Below are positions 1-13,329 of a stretch of DNA of 64,000 nucleotides, one piece after another. Origin of the DNA: Eledone cirrhosa (taxonomy: Eukaryota); NCBI GenBank assembly GCA_964016885.1, contig OZ024751.1:51584001-51648000 (forward strand). The letters are read 5' to 3'. Each line of letters opens with the position of its first letter. Position 1 is the stretch's first letter. The notes under the pieces are model-generated. The model saw nothing but the letters and a program-made list of their open reading frames with translations. It had not been told where the DNA came from and did not search any database. The translations under genes were made by a program, and so were the position numbers.

Positions 1-339
1 GATGATTTAATATGTTCTGTTTAATGGTCACACATTTTTCTCTTTTTTTCCACTTTTACTGTGATAATCTTAAATGTTCTATTTTTCGAGGTGTGCTAAT
101 TAACAAATGCCTATTGTGCCTATTAATTAGTAGTACTTTGTGACTGACTCACTCACTAACAGACTGTTTGTAAAGTTAGTTGTAAACAATTGGATAAGAT
201 AGTCCATTCTGTATGGGTGGGGATATCTCTGTTTACAAATATGCTAACACCACTTCGTAGAACCAATGGGGAAAACATAATATAATACAAACAAGATATT
301 TCATTAAACCTATTTGGACACCATTTTCGTTTGTCTTTT

Positions 340-765
340 TAAAAAAAGTATAACAACAGCCACAACAATAACAACAACAACAACAATAACAACAACAACC
401 ACAATCACAACAACAACAACCACAACAAAAACAACAACTGCAATAAAAACAAAGACAACAACCACAAAAGCAACCACAACAAAATCAACAACAACCACAA
501 CAAAAACAAAAACAACAACCACAACAACAACAACCACTACCACAACAGTAACCATCACCATGACGACAACCACCACAACAGTCACCACACTAGCCTCAAC
601 AACCGCAACAACAACCATCACCACAATCACAACAACAATAACAACCACCACCATAACAACAACAGCCACAACAGCCACAACAACCACAACAACTACCACA
701 ACCACACTAACCACAACAACAACAACAACAACAACCACCACACTAGCCACAACAACAACTACAAT
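340..765. repeat. (ACA/ACC)n low-complexity trinucleotide repeat
   Basis: Degenerate ACA/ACC run. It gives only poly-T/poly-V ORFs. Confidence 0.9.
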
Positions 766-1024
766 TAGGTGTAGACAGAGATAAAGACAGCAGAGTAATG
801 AATGTTATCTCATTGAGTGTTATGATGAAACCCAGCTTCATTAGCAAGTAATTGATTGTTTAATTTCATTAAACACCATTACACAATGTTTCCTCAATTT
901 TATGAAACACTGCTGTCTGATGTACAGCTGTCATATAGACTATTGATAAACAAATTAAATGGCAAATCAGATTTTAGTCCCACTTTACAGCAGCTCTTTC
1001 ACTTCATGACTGCAATAACCTCAT

Positions 1025-1697
1025 ATTCATACAGATAGTCTCTCTGAGTCTCTCATGAGTCTCACATTGATACAGGTAGTCTCTCATTAGTCTCACTTGA
1101 GTCTCACATTGATACAGGTAGTCTCTCCTGAATCTCACTTGAGTCTCTCATTCATACAGATAGTCTCTCTTGAGTCTCTCTTGAGTCTCAAATTGATACA
1201 GATAGTCTCACTTTAGTCTCTCTTGAGTCTCACATTGATACAGGTAGTCTCTCTTGAGTCACTCTTGAGTCTCACATTAATTCAGATAGTTTCACTTTAG
1301 TCTCTCTTGAGTCTCACATTGATATATATAGTCTCTTTTGAGTCTCACATTGATACAGATAGTCTCTCTTGAATCGCTCTTGAGTCTCACATTGATACAG
1401 ATAGTCTCTCATTAGTCTCTCTTGAGTCTCACATTGATATAGATAGTCTCTCATTAGTCTCTCTTGAGCCTCACATTGCTACAGATAGTCTCACTTGAGT
1501 CTCATATAGATAGATAGTCTCTCTTGAATCTCTCTTGAGTCTCATATTGATACAGATAGTCTCTCTTGAGGCTCACTTGAGTTTCACATTGATACAGGTA
1601 GTCTCTCTTGAGTCTCACATTGATACAGATAGTCTCGCTTGAATCTCTCTTTAGTCTCACATTGATATTCTCTCTTAAGTCTCTCTTTAGTCTCACG
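1025..1697. repeat. ~40-bp minisatellite built from GAGTCTCTCTT-like subunits
   Basis: Repeating gagtctcacattgatacagatagtctctcttgagtctctctt with unit-length variants. Confidence 0.9.
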
Positions 1698-1829
1698 TAG
1701 TACCAACAACCTTACAGGGTGGACTGGGTGCTTTTTGTTGTATCACCAGCATAACCGCCTTACAAATGTTTGAATTCTTCTTTCCTTGTTTATGTTGCTA
1801 TAAGTGATGCAAGATTGAGGTTAATGTTT

Positions 1830-2970
1830 ACTATCTGAATATATGGACCATGGAAAAGCTTATAATCAACACACTAATATTTGCAATATATTTCAGAGAA
1901 ATGGGCTATTTTATTCCACTGTGGAAATATATTCAATAGTAATTCAGAATATATTCTATTATGTCGACATAAACCATCAATTTTACTCAAGAATTACAAG
2001 GATCCCATAAAAATATTTTCCCTATTCCATATCACTGGACATTTACACATCAATAATGTTCGCTAATCAAATTTATATATTCATAAGGATATATTTAATG
2101 CTATACAATTAACGTCCATATACTTTAAATCAAATTATGATCACTTTATTTATCCTTTTTTTTTTCTTCTTTACTTATATTTCCCTATATTCTTCTTCAT
2201 TATTTTTTTATTCACATTTTCTGATCACATAAGTTTTCGTTAAATTAGTATATTATATTATAATGCTGTCTCTTTCTCGTCTTTTATTTTTATTGTTCAC
2301 TCTCCATAGGTTATTTTTGAAATCTGTATAATATATGATCATTCTAAAGAGACTTTTCTTGTTATTTTTCTCATATTTTTTTCTTTCCTGTGCTTCTTTC
2401 TCTTTTTTTTTTCCATTTTTCACCATTCCTTTAACATTTTACATTAATCCCTTTATGACCATATTTCTCATGAAATACACTCTATAGCAATTAGTAAAGA
2501 AGAATTTTGAAAGATTCACTAAAATTATTAATTATTCAATTACTAAGAGAGTAACTTAACATATCATTCTTTTATAAAACTATAATGGAAGATTATAATT
2601 TAAATAGGAACCTTTTTAAAATCAGTGGTTTTATTTCATAAAACCAGAACTGCTTTAATAAAATACACTCTATTTCAATTAATTAATGAAGAATTGTAAA
2701 GGATTTGCAAAAATTATCAATTATTTCATTATAAAGATAGAAACTTAACATATGGTTCTTATATAAAAAAGTTGGAATATTTAAATTTAATTGGAACCTT
2801 TTAAAGGTGATGGTTTTGTGTCATAGAACTAGAATATTTTATTCCTCATCATCATCATCATCATTTTACGTCCGCTTTTCCCTGCTTGCAAGGGTTGGAC
2901 GGGTCCTATTCAGCTCTGTTCTATACATAGAGCACTCTTTTTTCCTTTACTTCTCCTTCGGAATTACCTA
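1830..2970 (+). mobile_element. Degenerate 3' fragment of a Penelope-like element (endonuclease C-terminus, 3' UTR, tail)
   Basis: With one frameshift, 1852-1973 reads KAYNQHTNICNI-/SEKWAILFHCGNIFNSNSEYILLCRHK, which aligns with RSYNGNKRPCDLCAAEALEILYATDHILNKKSEAISACKHK at 5660-6000. It is followed by a ~190-bp diverged tandem pair (2470-2835) and a tail motif gctctg...catagagcactc (2885-2970) shared with 45270-45336 and 63560-63625. Confidence 0.55.
2845..2884 (-). mobile_element. RTE LINE extreme 3' end fragment with (GAT)n tail (similar pieces at 3018-3057 and 7513-7554)
   Basis: Reverse complement matches the 3' terminus of the RTE at 10930-10985 (aacccatgctagcgtggaaagtggacgttaaacga(gat)n). 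Confidence 0.65.
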
Positions 2971-3055
2971 ACACAGATATATATATATATGGATGCATGA
3001 ATATATACATGAATATATCATCGTCATCGTCACCGTTTTACGTCCGTTCTTCCAT

Positions 3056-3155
<100 letters not shown>

Positions 3156-3758
3156 CATACATATATATATATATACATACATATATATATATACATACAT
3201 ATATAAATATATACATACATATATATATATATACATACATATATATATATATATATATACATACATATGGTGGCTGCCAACTCGTTTTCGAGTACGGCCA
3301 CTACTTTATATCCATGTAGGAGAACCCCTACCGATGCGCTGAACGAGTGTGACTTTTCAGTCCGGCCAGCGACTTGAAAACTTTGGTACAAACACTACAC
3401 TTGTGACAATTATTGACACATAGTGCTGGGCCCATGGTACCATGTGACGACAAGTGCAGAGAGATCTCCAGATATAAAGCAATGCCTGTGCCGTGAAGCT
3501 TTTATAGTGAGCAAAGTCACTGCACAAAGCCATTCCCACTCTCTTAACCAAGATGATATTTACCAAAAAGACGAACAAGTCATATACATACATATACATA
3601 CATATACATACATATACATACATATACATACATATATACATATATACATATACATATATATACATATACATATATACATATACATACATATACAAGTCAT
3701 ATACATACATATATATATATATATACATACATATATATATATACATACATATATATAT

Positions 3759-3789
<31 letters not shown>

Positions 3790-3880
3790 CATACATATAT
3801 ATATATATATACATATATATATATGCATATATATATATATACATATATATATATGCATATATATATATATACATATATAT

Positions 3881-4212
3881 AAGAACAAAAGATGGTTAAA
3901 GGAGTTCCATGTATTTTATTATGCGCATTTCAAAAACAAACATCATCATGCAATAATATTTGTGTTTTCATCAGATAAAACAGGAGGACATGATATGAAG
4001 GCTAAAAAACACTTGTGGATAGTGCAGTTTTAAATCGACATATTATTGCATGATGATGTTTGTTTTTGAAATGCGCATAATAAAATACATGGAACTCCTT
4101 TAACCATCTTTTGTTCTTATATATTATGTATACTTCAGTCCTACAAACTGTAGAGTGCTTCTTATCCGATATCTGCATTGCTTTATTGTACTACAATAAA
4201 ACTCACCTCCTA
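3881..4212. mobile_element. Fold-back mini-element: 79-bp inverted arms (3881-3959 / 4040-4118) plus ~90-bp one-sided tail, embedded in (TA)n
   Basis: aagaacaaaagatgg...caataatat is the exact reverse complement of atattattg...ccatcttttgttctt. It is flanked by TA runs. Confidence 0.85.
3912..3982 (-). ncRNA. Type I hammerhead ribozyme motif
   Basis: Minus strand: tgttttat CTGATGA aaacac...tgttttt GAAA tgcgca TA ataaaata. Stem I (tgttttat/ataaaata), stem II and a palindromic minimal stem III (ATGCGCAT) are all present. Confidence 0.8.
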
Positions 4213-4219
4213 CATATAT

Positions 4220-4312
<93 letters not shown>

Positions 4313-4337
4313 TATATATATACATATATATATATGC

Positions 4338-4453
<116 letters not shown>

Positions 4454-4550
4454 AAAAAGTGAAGAATAACATGGTCAACAGAATAAAAAAGGGTTTTATT
4501 TACAGTCTGACAATTGTTTATTTGATTACCTATAACAATATTTTGTTATC

Positions 4551-4646
<96 letters not shown>

Positions 4647-4660
4647 ATATACATATATAT

Positions 4661-6001
4661 ATTTATTAAAATAACAGATTAAAGTTTAAGCAAAGAATCG
4701 CTGCTTTCACCCTTAACGGGATCTCCTGAAACTAACAAAGTCAATATGTAAACGCAGAAGTGGATATTTCAAAAAAAGTTGCAACCGGAGGAAGACAGGA
4801 AGACGATACTTTGGTTCGTGGAAACGTTCCCTGGCAAAGAACGGGAAAAAAACGAATATAATACGTCATTAATAGGAGCGGTGAAAAACAATTACGCGCA
4901 AAGACAGAACCACGTTTATGGTATAAAAGAGGTCGTAGACTAATGTTCTCTTAGGTGGTTCATAGAGACGTTCTCTGGCAATGAACGAAAAAAACGAAGA
5001 TAGTACGTCATATGTGGAGCGTGGAGAACAATTGCACGCAAAGACAAAACCATAGCATAAGTCGTAGACTAAAATACTAACTAGGAGACCGAATGAATCT
5101 CCGCTTCAGAGTTAAGAACAAAGTAAATAAATACAATATAGAATTAATAGAAATTAAATAAATACACGCATACAAATACGTACACACACAAGCATACGCG
5201 AAAACACTTACCATAGGTATACAAAACCACGCACATATAAATACGTGTGTGTGTGTGTATGCGTGTATACAAATAAATAAATAATTAAATAAACGTATAT
5301 AAATAAATACGTATATAACAAGCGCACACACATACCTACATGTAAATACACAAATGTTCGGAGACGTAAGTCAACCAAAACATGGAGTACACATATACAC
5401 ACACCCTACATACGTACGAACCTGCATACTCACACAGACGCAAAACTCCCGTCTACACATAACCAAACCATATGTCCCAGAATATATAAAATTATACGCC
5501 ATAACATATACAATCAAATATACGTACGAGAAGGTATACGTACCTTCACAAAACATACAAGTAATATATACTTACCTATGCAAATAAGTAATGGTATAAA
5601 CAAAACATATACTTAGCTACCACATCAAGACGCAAAATATCCACGTATAGATCGTACTATCAGTTAGGGTATAACGTGGGGCTGTAATACAGGAAAGTTT
5701 TGTGCAATTTATGTTTACAAGCCGAAATTGCCTCAGATTTTTTGTTTAAGATGTGGTCTGTGGCGTAGAGTATTTCCAGGGCCTCAGCGGCGCAGAGATC
5801 ACATGGTCTTTTATTTCCGTTATACGATCTAGCACTAGCTAGGATCTCCCAGTGTAACTTATATTGGGTGTGGTTGTCTTTTAGACTCCAGATATAAGAT
5901 GAAAGTGACGTCATATTCCTTCTTAGAGGGTAACGAAAAGAATGGGTATGCATGTAAAGACGCTGCTTGAATCTATTGGCGGTTAACCCTATGTAGGCCC
6001 T
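4661..6001 (-). mobile_element. 5'-truncated Penelope-like element (GIY-YIG endonuclease C-terminal part plus 3' UTR), both ends in (TA)n
   Basis: YIGLTANRFKQRLYMH..SF...TSLSSYIW.LK...W.I.....YN....C.LC..E...I......LNKKSE....CKH is a GIY-YIG C-terminal pattern typical of Penelope-like elements (Neptune-type from memory). The UTR has a ~147-bp tandem pair (4826-5072). The 3' terminus 4661-4730 recurs at 63285-63355. Confidence 0.8.
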
Positions 6002-6031
6002 ACATATATATATACACATACATATATATAT

Positions 6032-6101
<70 letters not shown>

Positions 6102-6157
6102 TCAAAAAACGCCCGCAAGGCTAAGCCTTTATAAGTCTTTAGAATATGAATTCAAAA

Positions 6158-6377
6158 TAGGGGGCACACAAAGACAATGGGAAAAAATGGACTGCAGTCC
6201 AATGTGCAGACAAAGAAGAATGACACTGAGGGATAGAAAAGGTAAGAAGGGAATATACAGAAAAGCAGACCAGGCGATGTAATGTCTATTATAGAATTGT
6301 TTTTTTTTTAAATCTGCATTTGGACTGTCCATCTTTTCGTTGTTTTTTCCACTGTCTTTGTCCTGTGCACTCCCTAC
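6158..6377. repeat. Old imperfect fold-back island between TA runs
   Basis: tagggggcacacaaagacaatgggaaaaaatggactgcagtccaatgtgcaga (6158-6211) is an imperfect inverse of tctgcatttggactgtccat...ccactgtctttgtcctgtgcactcccta (6313-6377). Confidence 0.6.
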
Positions 6378-6457
6378 ATATATATATATATTTAATATAG
6401 AAATGGCTTCTACAGGACTAGAATTGTTTCATTTGAGAGAATTGAACCCAGGATAAA

Positions 6458-6527
<70 letters not shown>

Positions 6528-6856
6528 TCAAGGAAACAAAACTAACAAACAAGAGGATACAATAACATGAAGTGTATTAATTTCAGGCTCGGAGGAAAAA
6601 GAATGAGTTACATACTTAACGTATGGGACATTTACCCTTCGTTAGGATTAATAAATACAAGGGGAAAATAGCAACAAAAAAAATGTTAAAGAATGAAAAA
6701 TACAAAAAATAAATAAAAGGTTGTTATATATATATATATATTATATATATGTATATATATATTATATATATATGTAACAATGTTACATTCTATGTATGTA
6801 TTTGTAAGTCTGTTAATGCTTGTATAAGTATGCATATATATGTGCAGATATAAAAG

Positions 6857-6894
<38 letters not shown>

Positions 6895-6955
6895 CTCTCT
6901 CAATATATATATATGTGTATGCATATTTGCCTATAGATAGTGAATATATATATAC

Positions 6956-7004
<49 letters not shown>

Positions 7005-7026
7005 CATACATATATATATGTGTGTG

Positions 7027-7062
<36 letters not shown>

Positions 7063-7590
7063 GGCAGATGTACATACAAACATACATACATATACTCGCA
7101 GTGACAAACACAAACACAACACACATGTGGCCACCTATATAGAAAGTCAATAAGATTGTCATAGCAACACATAGATAAACAAGAGTTATAAACAAGCCTG
7201 ACAGGTGGTTGTAATGAAGATGTTACAGCAGACGTGTGCAGCCAGTGGTCTGGATTGGTTGCAAATTACCAATATGTCCTCCATTGCTCTACTGGACAGG
7301 CACCAGAAAACAAACATGATGCATACATACACACATACATATATACATACATAGATATACACATACATATATACACATACACACATACATATATACATAC
7401 ATAGATAAACATACGTATCTCTTGCTTCTCTCTCTGTATGTATATATGTATATGTATATATGTATATATATGTATGTGTGTATATATATATATATATTTA
7501 TATATATATGTATCATCATCATCATCATCATCATCGTTTATCTTCCACGCTAGCATATATATATATATTACATATATATATATATATATA

Positions 7591-7754
7591 TAGGAAAAGA
7601 GTCAGGACCCCGACGGCTGAGCTCCGGCCGTTTCGACAGCTAGATCCAAAAAGTTCGGATCTAGCTGTCGAAATGTCTGGAGCTCAGCCATCGGGGTCCT
7701 CACTCTTTTCCTATTACCCACTCTACTACCCTAAGTATCAAGTACTCTCTGGTT
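7591..7754. mobile_element. Fold-back mini-element family 'GACCCCGACGGCTGAGCTC', copy 1 (arms 7591-7647 / 7657-7713 plus tail)
   Basis: 57-bp inverted arms with a 9-nt loop and a tail ttacccactctactaccctaagtat. Homologous to 45641-45768 and 47685-47905. Contains a hammerhead 3' half, GAAA-cggc..gccg-TC. Confidence 0.85.
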
Positions 7755-7783
7755 ATATATATATGTATGTATATATATATTTA

Positions 7784-8674
7784 TGAAGGGCAATAATAAA
7801 TAGGAGGGGGATAAGAACAGAGCCTTGGTGAACACCAATTTTACACTAAATTCTTCACAATATTCATTGTTAATTCTAACCTTACTGACTGTTGCATTAT
7901 ACATAGCTTGTATAGCTCTCACAAGCCATTCATCTACACCTAGTTTTCTAAGAGCCCACCGGATAATGGAGCGGGAGACTCTGTCAAAGGCTTTTTCCAG
8001 GTCTACAAAAGCTAAGTAGAGGGGTCTACTTTTAGCTAGGTACTTCTCTTGTAGTTGTCATACAAGGAAAAGAGCGTCTGTGGTACTTTTACCTGACACA
8101 AACCCAAACTGCATTTCATCTAGATCAATTCGCTCTCTGATTAGTTGCGCTATAACTCTTTCTGTGACCTTCATGACCTGGTCAATTAACTTAATGCCTC
8201 TATAGTTTCCTCTATCTAGAGCATCTCCTTTACCCTTGTTAATGATGATGATGCTACGCCAGTCTTTTGGTATGACCCCATTCTGTATTACTTGGTTAAC
8301 TATACGGGTGACCATAGTATGTCCCACCATTCCAGATGCCTTCAACATCTCAGCAACTATCTCCAAAGGCCCAGCTGCTTTGCCTGTCTTCATATTTTTG
8401 ATTGCCTTACTTATTATACTACCTTTAACTTGCACCGCTGATCCTTCTATTGGATCGATTTGGGACAGACTATCTTTTCCCCACTTATTCTCCTCATTTA
8501 ATAGTCTCTCGTAGTGACACTTCCAGGCTATCTTCTTATCAGCATCAGTGAGTGCAAGTACACCGTTATCATTACGTACACACTTCTCTCCGACAATATC
8601 ACGGTTTTCCTTGACACATTGTCTAGCAATCCTGAACACCTCGCGTTTTTGGTCCTCACTGCTTGAACTTTCTA
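7784..8674 (-). mobile_element. Inverted duplicate of the 5' part of the adjacent RTE LINE
   Basis: Reverse complement of 8680-9588 with scattered substitutions. ORF 8058..8639 matches ORF 8663..9934. Confidence 0.92.
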
Positions 8675-8679
8675 GAGGA

Positions 8680-10985
8680 TAGAAAGTTCAAGCATGTTCT
8701 ACAACGCGAGGACCAAAAACGCGAGGTGTTCAGGATTGCTAGACAATGTGTCAAGGAAAACCGTGATATTGTCGGAGAGAAGTGTGTACGTAATGATAAC
8801 GGTGTACTTGCACTCACTGATGCTGGTAAGAAGATAGCCTGGAAGTGTCACTACGAGAGACTATTAAATGAGGAGAATAAGTGGGAAAAAAATAGTCTGC
8901 CCCAAATCGATCCAATAGAAGGATCAGCGGTGCAAGTTAAAGGTAGTATAATAAGTAAGGCAATCAAAGATATGAAGACAGGCAAAGCAGCTGGGCCTTC
9001 GGAGGTAGTTGCTGAGATGTTGAAGGCATCTGAAATGGTGGGACATACTATTGTCACCCGTATAGTTAACCAAGTAATACAGAATGGGGTCATACCAAAA
9101 GACTGGCGTAGCAGCATCATCATTAACTGCTACAAGGGTAAAGGAGATGTTCTAGATAGAGGAAACTATAGAGGCATTAAGTTAATTGACCAGGTCATGA
9201 AGGTCACAGAAAGAGTTATAGCGCAACTAATCAGAGAGCGAATTGATCTAGATGAAATGCAGTTTGGGTTTGCGTCAGATAAAAGTACCACAGACGCTCT
9301 TTTCCTTGTTCAACAACTACAAGAGAAGTACCTAGTTAAAAGTAGACCCCACCACTTAGCTTTTGTAGACCTGGAAAAATACTTTGACAGAGTCCCCCGC
9401 TCCATTATCTGGTGGGCTCTTAGAAAACTAGGTGTAGATGAATGGCTTGTGAGAGCTATACAAGCTATGTATAATGAAACAGTCAGTAAGGTTAGAATTA
9501 ACAATGAATATTGTAAAGAATTTAGTGTAAAAGTTGGTGTTCACCAAGGCTCTGTCCTTAGCCCCCTCCTATTTATTATTGCCCTTCAGGCTATAACAGA
9601 GGAGTTCAAGACCGGCTGCCCATGGGAACTTCTCTATGCAGATGATCTAACGCTCATAGCTGAATCAATGGCTGAACTAGAAAAGAAATTCCAAACATGG
9701 AAGCATGGCCTAGAATCAAAAGGCCTTAAAGTTAACTTGTCTAAGACTAAAGTCCTAGTTTGTAGAAAGGAAAATAAGGCAGAGGTACCCTCAGGGAAAT
9801 GGCCTTGTTCAGTGTGTAGGAAAGGAGTAGGCAGAAATTCAATTTTATATCCCAAATGCAAAATATGGGTACATAAAAGATGTAGTGGGATCACAGGTAA
9901 ACTATCTAAGAACGTAGACTTTATATGTGACTGATGCTCAGGTGCGATAAGTAGCAAGTGCCCACAGGATACTAGCCCCTTCTATTGCCCAGATGGTTCT
10001 ATAGAAATAGTAGACACTTTCCGTTACCTGGGTGACGAAATCAGCAGTGGTGGAGGGTGTTCTGAAAGTACAGTAGCCAGAGTCAGAACGGGATGGAAAA
10101 AGTTCAGAGAGCTTATACCACTGGTGGCCACAAAAGGTTTCTCTCTAAAAATGAAAGGCAGATTGTATGATGTTTGTATATGAACAGCAATGCTACATGG
10201 CAGTGAGACATGGGCATTGCGTGCAGAGGACCTGCGTAAACTGGAAAGGAACGAAGCATGGATGCTCCGTTGGATGCGTAATAGTAACATACGTGAACGG
10301 CAAAGCATAAATGAACTAAGTGAGAAATTAGGAATAAGAGGGATCAGATGCTGTTTACTTGAGAGAAGACTACGTTGGTATGGCCACGTGATGCGCATGA
10401 AAGACGATAGCTGTATAAAAAAAGTGCAGGGCGATCAAAATTGATGGTGTAGGTAGACCCAGAAAAACCTGGGACGATCTGATAAATTCCGACCTTACAC
10501 ACTTGCACCTCTCTAAGACAATGTCACTGGACTTTGGTGCTACGCAGTAATACAGAAGACCTGCCTTGCCTATGTACAAAGCGAAACCTACAGCCAGTAG
10601 GCACCTCTTAACCAAATATACACCTCAATCCACTACCCCTACCCTATCCTCCCACTCCCACCAATACCATCCCCTCTCTATAAAGTTGGTACCACAACAT
10701 CCAGTCCAAATAAATGAGATCGAGATCGTGTAGGTGTCACGAGAAAAAAACACACAGTCTACGCTGTAATATGGTCGTGTAGGTGACACGGTAAAAAGTT
10801 CCCAGTTCCACACTGTAAATGTGGTTGGTGTTAGGAAGGGCATCCAGCTGTAGAAAACCTGCCAGATAGTCCTATATGAGCGAGACACGGTCACCCGACC
10901 AACCTTGCCTCAAGTGGGACAACTCCCGTCTAACCCATGCTAGCGTGGAAAGTGGACGTTAAACGAGGATGATGATGATGATGAT
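8680..10985 (+). mobile_element. 5'-truncated RTE-clade LINE (reverse transcriptase, PHD-like Cys/His module, 3' UTR, (GAT)n tail); disrupted
   Basis: RT motifs NYRGIKL, QFGF, FVDLEK.FDRV, GVHQGSVLSPLLF, LYADD. C-terminal RTE motifs MLHGSETW and RRLRWYGHVMRM, then GRPRKTW. In-frame stops near 9932 and 10181. Ends in ...ggacgttaaacga(gat)n. Confidence 0.92.
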
Positions 10986-10992
10986 ATATATT

Positions 10993-11088
<96 letters not shown>

Positions 11089-12029
11089 TTTTATTTTTAT
11101 ATAACTGTTCGTCAATCAATGATCCAATCCAAACCAAACAGTGAGTATGTTTTATTATATATTTCTGGTAATAGTATAACAATATGACTCTCCCCAAATG
11201 TAACTATATAACTCGGTATGAACGTATGTAAGCAGGATATAAACCCCTTGGCCTGTCTAAGAGAGAGAGAGAGAGAATGTGTGTTTTATATACATTTTTG
11301 TGTCAGATGTTGATGTATTTGTATGTATAAGTTTTTTTATATGAATTCTTATATATGTGCCATGTGTTGATGTGTATATATAAATGTTTTTATAAGGATT
11401 TTTATGTGTAAGCGCTATATGAATGTGTATGTACCATATGTGTATGTGTGTGTGTCTGGATGCATGTATAGTGTATGTATATTTGTATGTATGTCCTCAT
11501 CTCTGTGTGTATAATATATACGTACATATATATGCAAATATATATATATATATATATATATTTGTATGTATATGTATGTGTATATTTAAGTGTACGTGTG
11601 AATGTATGTATGTGCATGTATAAGTGTGTATGTATTTATGTATATATGTGTGAATATATGTATGGGTGTGTGTAAATATGTATGTGTCAATGGATGTATC
11701 ATTTATAATTATGTAATCAATCAGAATTGACATCTGAAGCAGATGAGGATTTAATCCTGGTCATTTGATCTTTTGTTTGCCAGATGTGTTAGGACAAAGA
11801 AGCAGCGTCCCTCGCTAATTAACTGCCTAAATCATCTCAGTGGTCACCCTCAACGATCACCTTCACCCTACCTCCTTCACCTCAAATCCTGCAGCAGTGT
11901 ATCAGATGCTGCTTTTGTTGTTTAGCACCAGGTCAGCTCTGATCCGGGAAGGAATATGATTTATTGTTTAAGGTGTTCCTTTCACGATCACATGGGCGTG
12001 AGTTCGATTCCCAGCGACGTGTTGCAAGA

Positions 12030-12151
12030 TATTTTATTCTCATAAAAGGCAAAGTTGACTTGGGTGGGATTTGAACTGAGAATGTAAAGAGCTAGAACAA
12101 ATACTGCAAAACATATTATCCGACGCTCTAACAATTCTGCCAATCTACCGT
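12030..12151 (-). mobile_element. tRNA-derived SINE (family A), head and part of body
   Basis: Reverse complement shows an A box (tggcagaattg), a B box (agttcaaatcc) and aactttgccttt as in 46877-47070. Confidence 0.75.
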
Positions 12152-12194
12152 CCTTGCTTTAATGTACATATTGAAATCTTGCTTTAGTTCTTAA

Positions 12195-13065
12195 ACGATC
12201 AAACCTTGGATATGCGAACATCAATTGTCCGAATTTAGGATTATCTGAACAAAATCTCAAAGTCCATTAAATATCTAGTTAGCCATACTGTGTATAACCC
12301 AAACCCGGAAGTACTACCGGTACTGCAATTTCGTTTTCTGTTTACAATGATTAAAAGTGAATTCGAAGAACATGTAAAAAATAATCCTTGCATCAAAGAA
12401 GTGTTGCTAAGAGTGATGTAACAACTGTGCTAGATTCGATAGCCCAATCTCAGTAGGTCACTTAAAACATTTTAAAAAAATATTTTAACACATAACAGAC
12501 CTGTCAACTCTCCCCGTCCGACGGGAAGAACTCCCAACCACTTTGGGGTGGGTGAGAGATGTCTTCTCTTGTGAAAAGTGGGTATAGCTTTCATTATGTA
12601 AAATCTCCCCATTTTGCCTCATTTCTTCCCGTTTTGGGGCACTTTTTTTATGGTACTCCTCGTTTGGGTTTTAGAGGTTGGCAGGTCTAACATAAAATTA
12701 ACTAACATGCTGAAGGATTTTAAAGTATGTCAGAATCATTAATGTCTTCAATCTGTCTATGACTTTGTCCCGAGTATTTTATCAGTTACAAGTAATCGAA
12801 TTTGTTGTTACCATATCTCAGAAGAGAAAACGAACGCCATTGACAATAGAACAGAAAAGCAAGATTTTACAGCGTCAGTATCATAGTGGAAAGACATTAA
12901 CTATTGTACAAGATTACATTATGGAGAAACTCATAAAGCAAACTAACCTCAAATATACTTTTTTACGTATTTAAGTTCAATAAAGCTTTATTTGTTTACG
13001 ATTAAATCAGTTCTCCGAACAAAATATCCCCGTTAACCACTGTTCGAATAATCGAGATCTAACGT
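12195..13065 (+). mobile_element. Tigger/pogo-like DNA transposon deletion relic
   Basis: Imperfect TIRs (aaaccttggatatgcgaaca ... tgttcgaataatcgagatctaacgta). Remnant peptide QKRKRTPLTIEQKSKIL at 12819-12870 resembles the N-terminal HTH of CENP-B/pogo transposases. Confidence 0.55.
12496..12689. mobile_element. MITE nested in the Tigger relic (hAT-like TIRs)
   Basis: agacctgtcaactct ... gaggttggcaggtct terminal inverted repeats. TSD not clean. Confidence 0.6.
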
Positions 13066-13329
13066 AAATTTTATTCACAGTTGTATAAATAGCATTACAA
13101 ATTGTTCACAATTCTTTCAGAATGAAAATCTAAACACATATAATAAATACAATTAACCATTGCTATGAATCTCACAAATATAATGCACCAAAATATATGT
13201 CCAGAGCGAGAGAAAGAGAAAAAAAGTTGGGGGAACAAAAACGACCATCAATTCACCACCAAGTGCGACAATTGACTGCACATCATAAGGGTCAAGGAAT
13301 AGTTTGAGGCAAGCCAATACACTAGCAGC

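Noticed and set aside
310-784. Mucin-like Thr-rich ORF
   Set aside because: Simple ACA/ACC repeat with no signal peptide or splice support.
3268-3580. Another hammerhead island between TA runs (also 19885-20010, 38375-38585)
   Set aside because: TA-bounded, but I could not find core boxes with supporting stems or inverted arms. Left unclassified.
7784-8674. Twin-priming 5' inversion or sequencing chimera
   Set aside because: The inverted part duplicates rather than extends the downstream sequence, and the arms have independent mutations.
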